From Nemertoderma westbladi (lineage: Eukaryota > Animalia > Xenacoelomorpha): a stretch of DNA of 64,000 bases. Under the pieces are notes generated by a model. The model saw nothing but the letters and a program-made list of their open reading frames with translations. It had not been told where the DNA came from and did no database searches. A program made the translations under genes and the position numbers. Below are positions 62,239 through 64,000 of the stretch, piece after piece. Every line of letters begins with the position of its first letter. The first letter of the stretch is position 1. The stretch is from the NCBI GenBank assembly GCA_032718475.1, contig JAUCBJ010007881.1, forward strand, positions 19,760 through 83,759, in the 5' to 3' direction.

Positions 62239-64000
62239 GCAATGCAATAGTAACAACAACCCATACTGATCGCAATGCAATAGTAACAGCAACCCATACT
62301 GATCACAATGCAATAGTAACAGCAACCCATACTGATCGCAATGCAATAGTAACAGCAACCCATACTGATCGCAATGCAATAGTAACAGCAACCCATACTG
62401 ATCACAATGCAATAGTAACAGCAACCCATACTGATCGCAATGCAATAGTAACAGCAACCCATACTGATCACAATGCAATAGTAACAGCAACCCATACTGA
62501 TCGCAATGCAATAGTAACAACAACCCATACTGATCGCAATGCAATAGTAACAGCAACCCATACTGATCGCAATGCAATAGTAACAGCAACCCATACTGAT
62601 CACAATGCAATAGTAACAGCAACCCATACTGATCGCAATGCAATAGTAACAACAACCCATACTGATCGCAATGCAATAGTAACAGCAACCCATACTCATC
62701 ACAATGCAATAGTAACAACAACCCATACTGATCGTAATGCAATAGTAACAACAACCCATACTCATCACAATGCAATAGTAACAACAACCCATACTGATCG
62801 CAATGCAATAGTAACAACAACCCATACTGATCGTAATGCAATAGTAACAACAACCCATACTGATCGCAATGCAATAGTAACAACAACCCATACTGATCGC
62901 AATGCAATAATAACAACAACCCATACTCATCACAATGCAATAATAACAACAACCCATACTCATCACAATGCAATAGTAACAACAACCCATACTGATCGCA
63001 ATGCAATAGTAACAACAACCCATGCTCATCGCAATGCAATAGTAACAACAACCCATACTCATCACAATGCAATAATAACAACAACCCATACTGATCGCAA
63101 TGCAATAGTAACAACAACCCATACTGATCGTAATGCAATAGTAACAACAACCCATGCTCATCGCAATGCAATAGTAACAACAACCCATACTCATCACAAT
63201 GCAATAGTAACAACAACCCATACTGATCGCAATGCAATAGTAACAACAACCCATACTGATCGCAATGCAATAATAACAACAACCCATACTGATCGTAATG
63301 CAATAGTAACAACAACCCATACTCATCACAATGCAATAGTAACAACAACCCATACTGATCGCAATGCAATAGTAACAACAACCCATGCTCATCGCAATGC
63401 AATAGTAACAACAACCCATACTCATCACAATGCAATAGTAACAACAACCCATACTGATCGCAATGCAATAGTAACAACAACCCATACTGATCGCAATGCA
63501 ATAGTAACAACAACCCATGCTCATCGCAATGCAATAGTAACAACAACCCATACTGATCGCAATGCAATAATAACAACAACCCATACTCATCACAATGCAA
63601 TAGTAACAACAACCCATACTGATCGCAATGCAATAGTAACAACAACCCATGCTCATCGCAATGCAATAGTAACAACAACCCATACTCATCACAATGCAAT
63701 AGTAACAACAACCCATACTGATCGCAATGCAATAGTAACAACAACCCATACTGATCGTAATGCAATAGTAACAACAACCCATACTGATCGCAATGCAATA
63801 GTAACAACAACCCATACTGATCGTAATGCAATAGTAACAACAACCCATACTGATCGCAATGCAATAGTAACAACAACCCATACTCATCACAATGCAATAA
63901 TAACAACAACCCATACTCATCACAATGCAATAGTAACAACAACCCATACTGATCGCAATGCAATAGTAACAACAACCCATACTGATCGCAATGCAATAGT
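62239..64000. repeat. 33-bp minisatellite (GCAATGCAATAGTAACAACAACCCATACTGATC)n, runs off the window
   Basis: Direct reading; more than 50 units with a few recurrent variants. Confidence 0.97.

Noticed and set aside
62058-63996. Cys-rich (MGCCYYCIAIS)n and (HCDQYGLLLLL)n ORFs
   Set aside because: Translations of a 33-bp satellite, not metallothionein- or keratin-associated genes.

Overview
AT-rich animal (invertebrate-type) genomic DNA. Host genes: a three-exon EGR/Krox-family zinc-finger gene on the minus strand (60868-54841) with a CArG box and CRE upstream, and a probable small spliced neuropeptide-precursor gene (+, 4225-11586) that the ORF track misses. A ~7 kb segment holding the last egr exon is tandemly duplicated (copy A ~14818-21811; copy B ~22822-58299). 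Copy B carries a degraded BEL/Pao LTR retrotransposon (23183-50819, minus, TSD AGCCG). A second, younger BEL/Pao element (32584-46726, plus, TSD ATAGT) is nested in the gag of the first. Most striking points: (1) neither element has a tRNA primer-binding site; in both, the bases next to the 5' LTR are exactly complementary to a 9-11 nt stretch inside their own LTR, the Tf1-type self-priming signature. (2) The inner element carries an extra ~830-aa ORF in the env position, with DEDDy (WRN/EXD/mut-7-like) 3'-5' exonuclease motifs and three CCHC knuckles, preceded by ~16 short hairpins. (3) The outer element has a duplicated, covarying structured RNA at the equivalent position. The rest is LINE fragments, MITEs, a Helitron and minisatellites. 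All calls were made by eye, without database searches.
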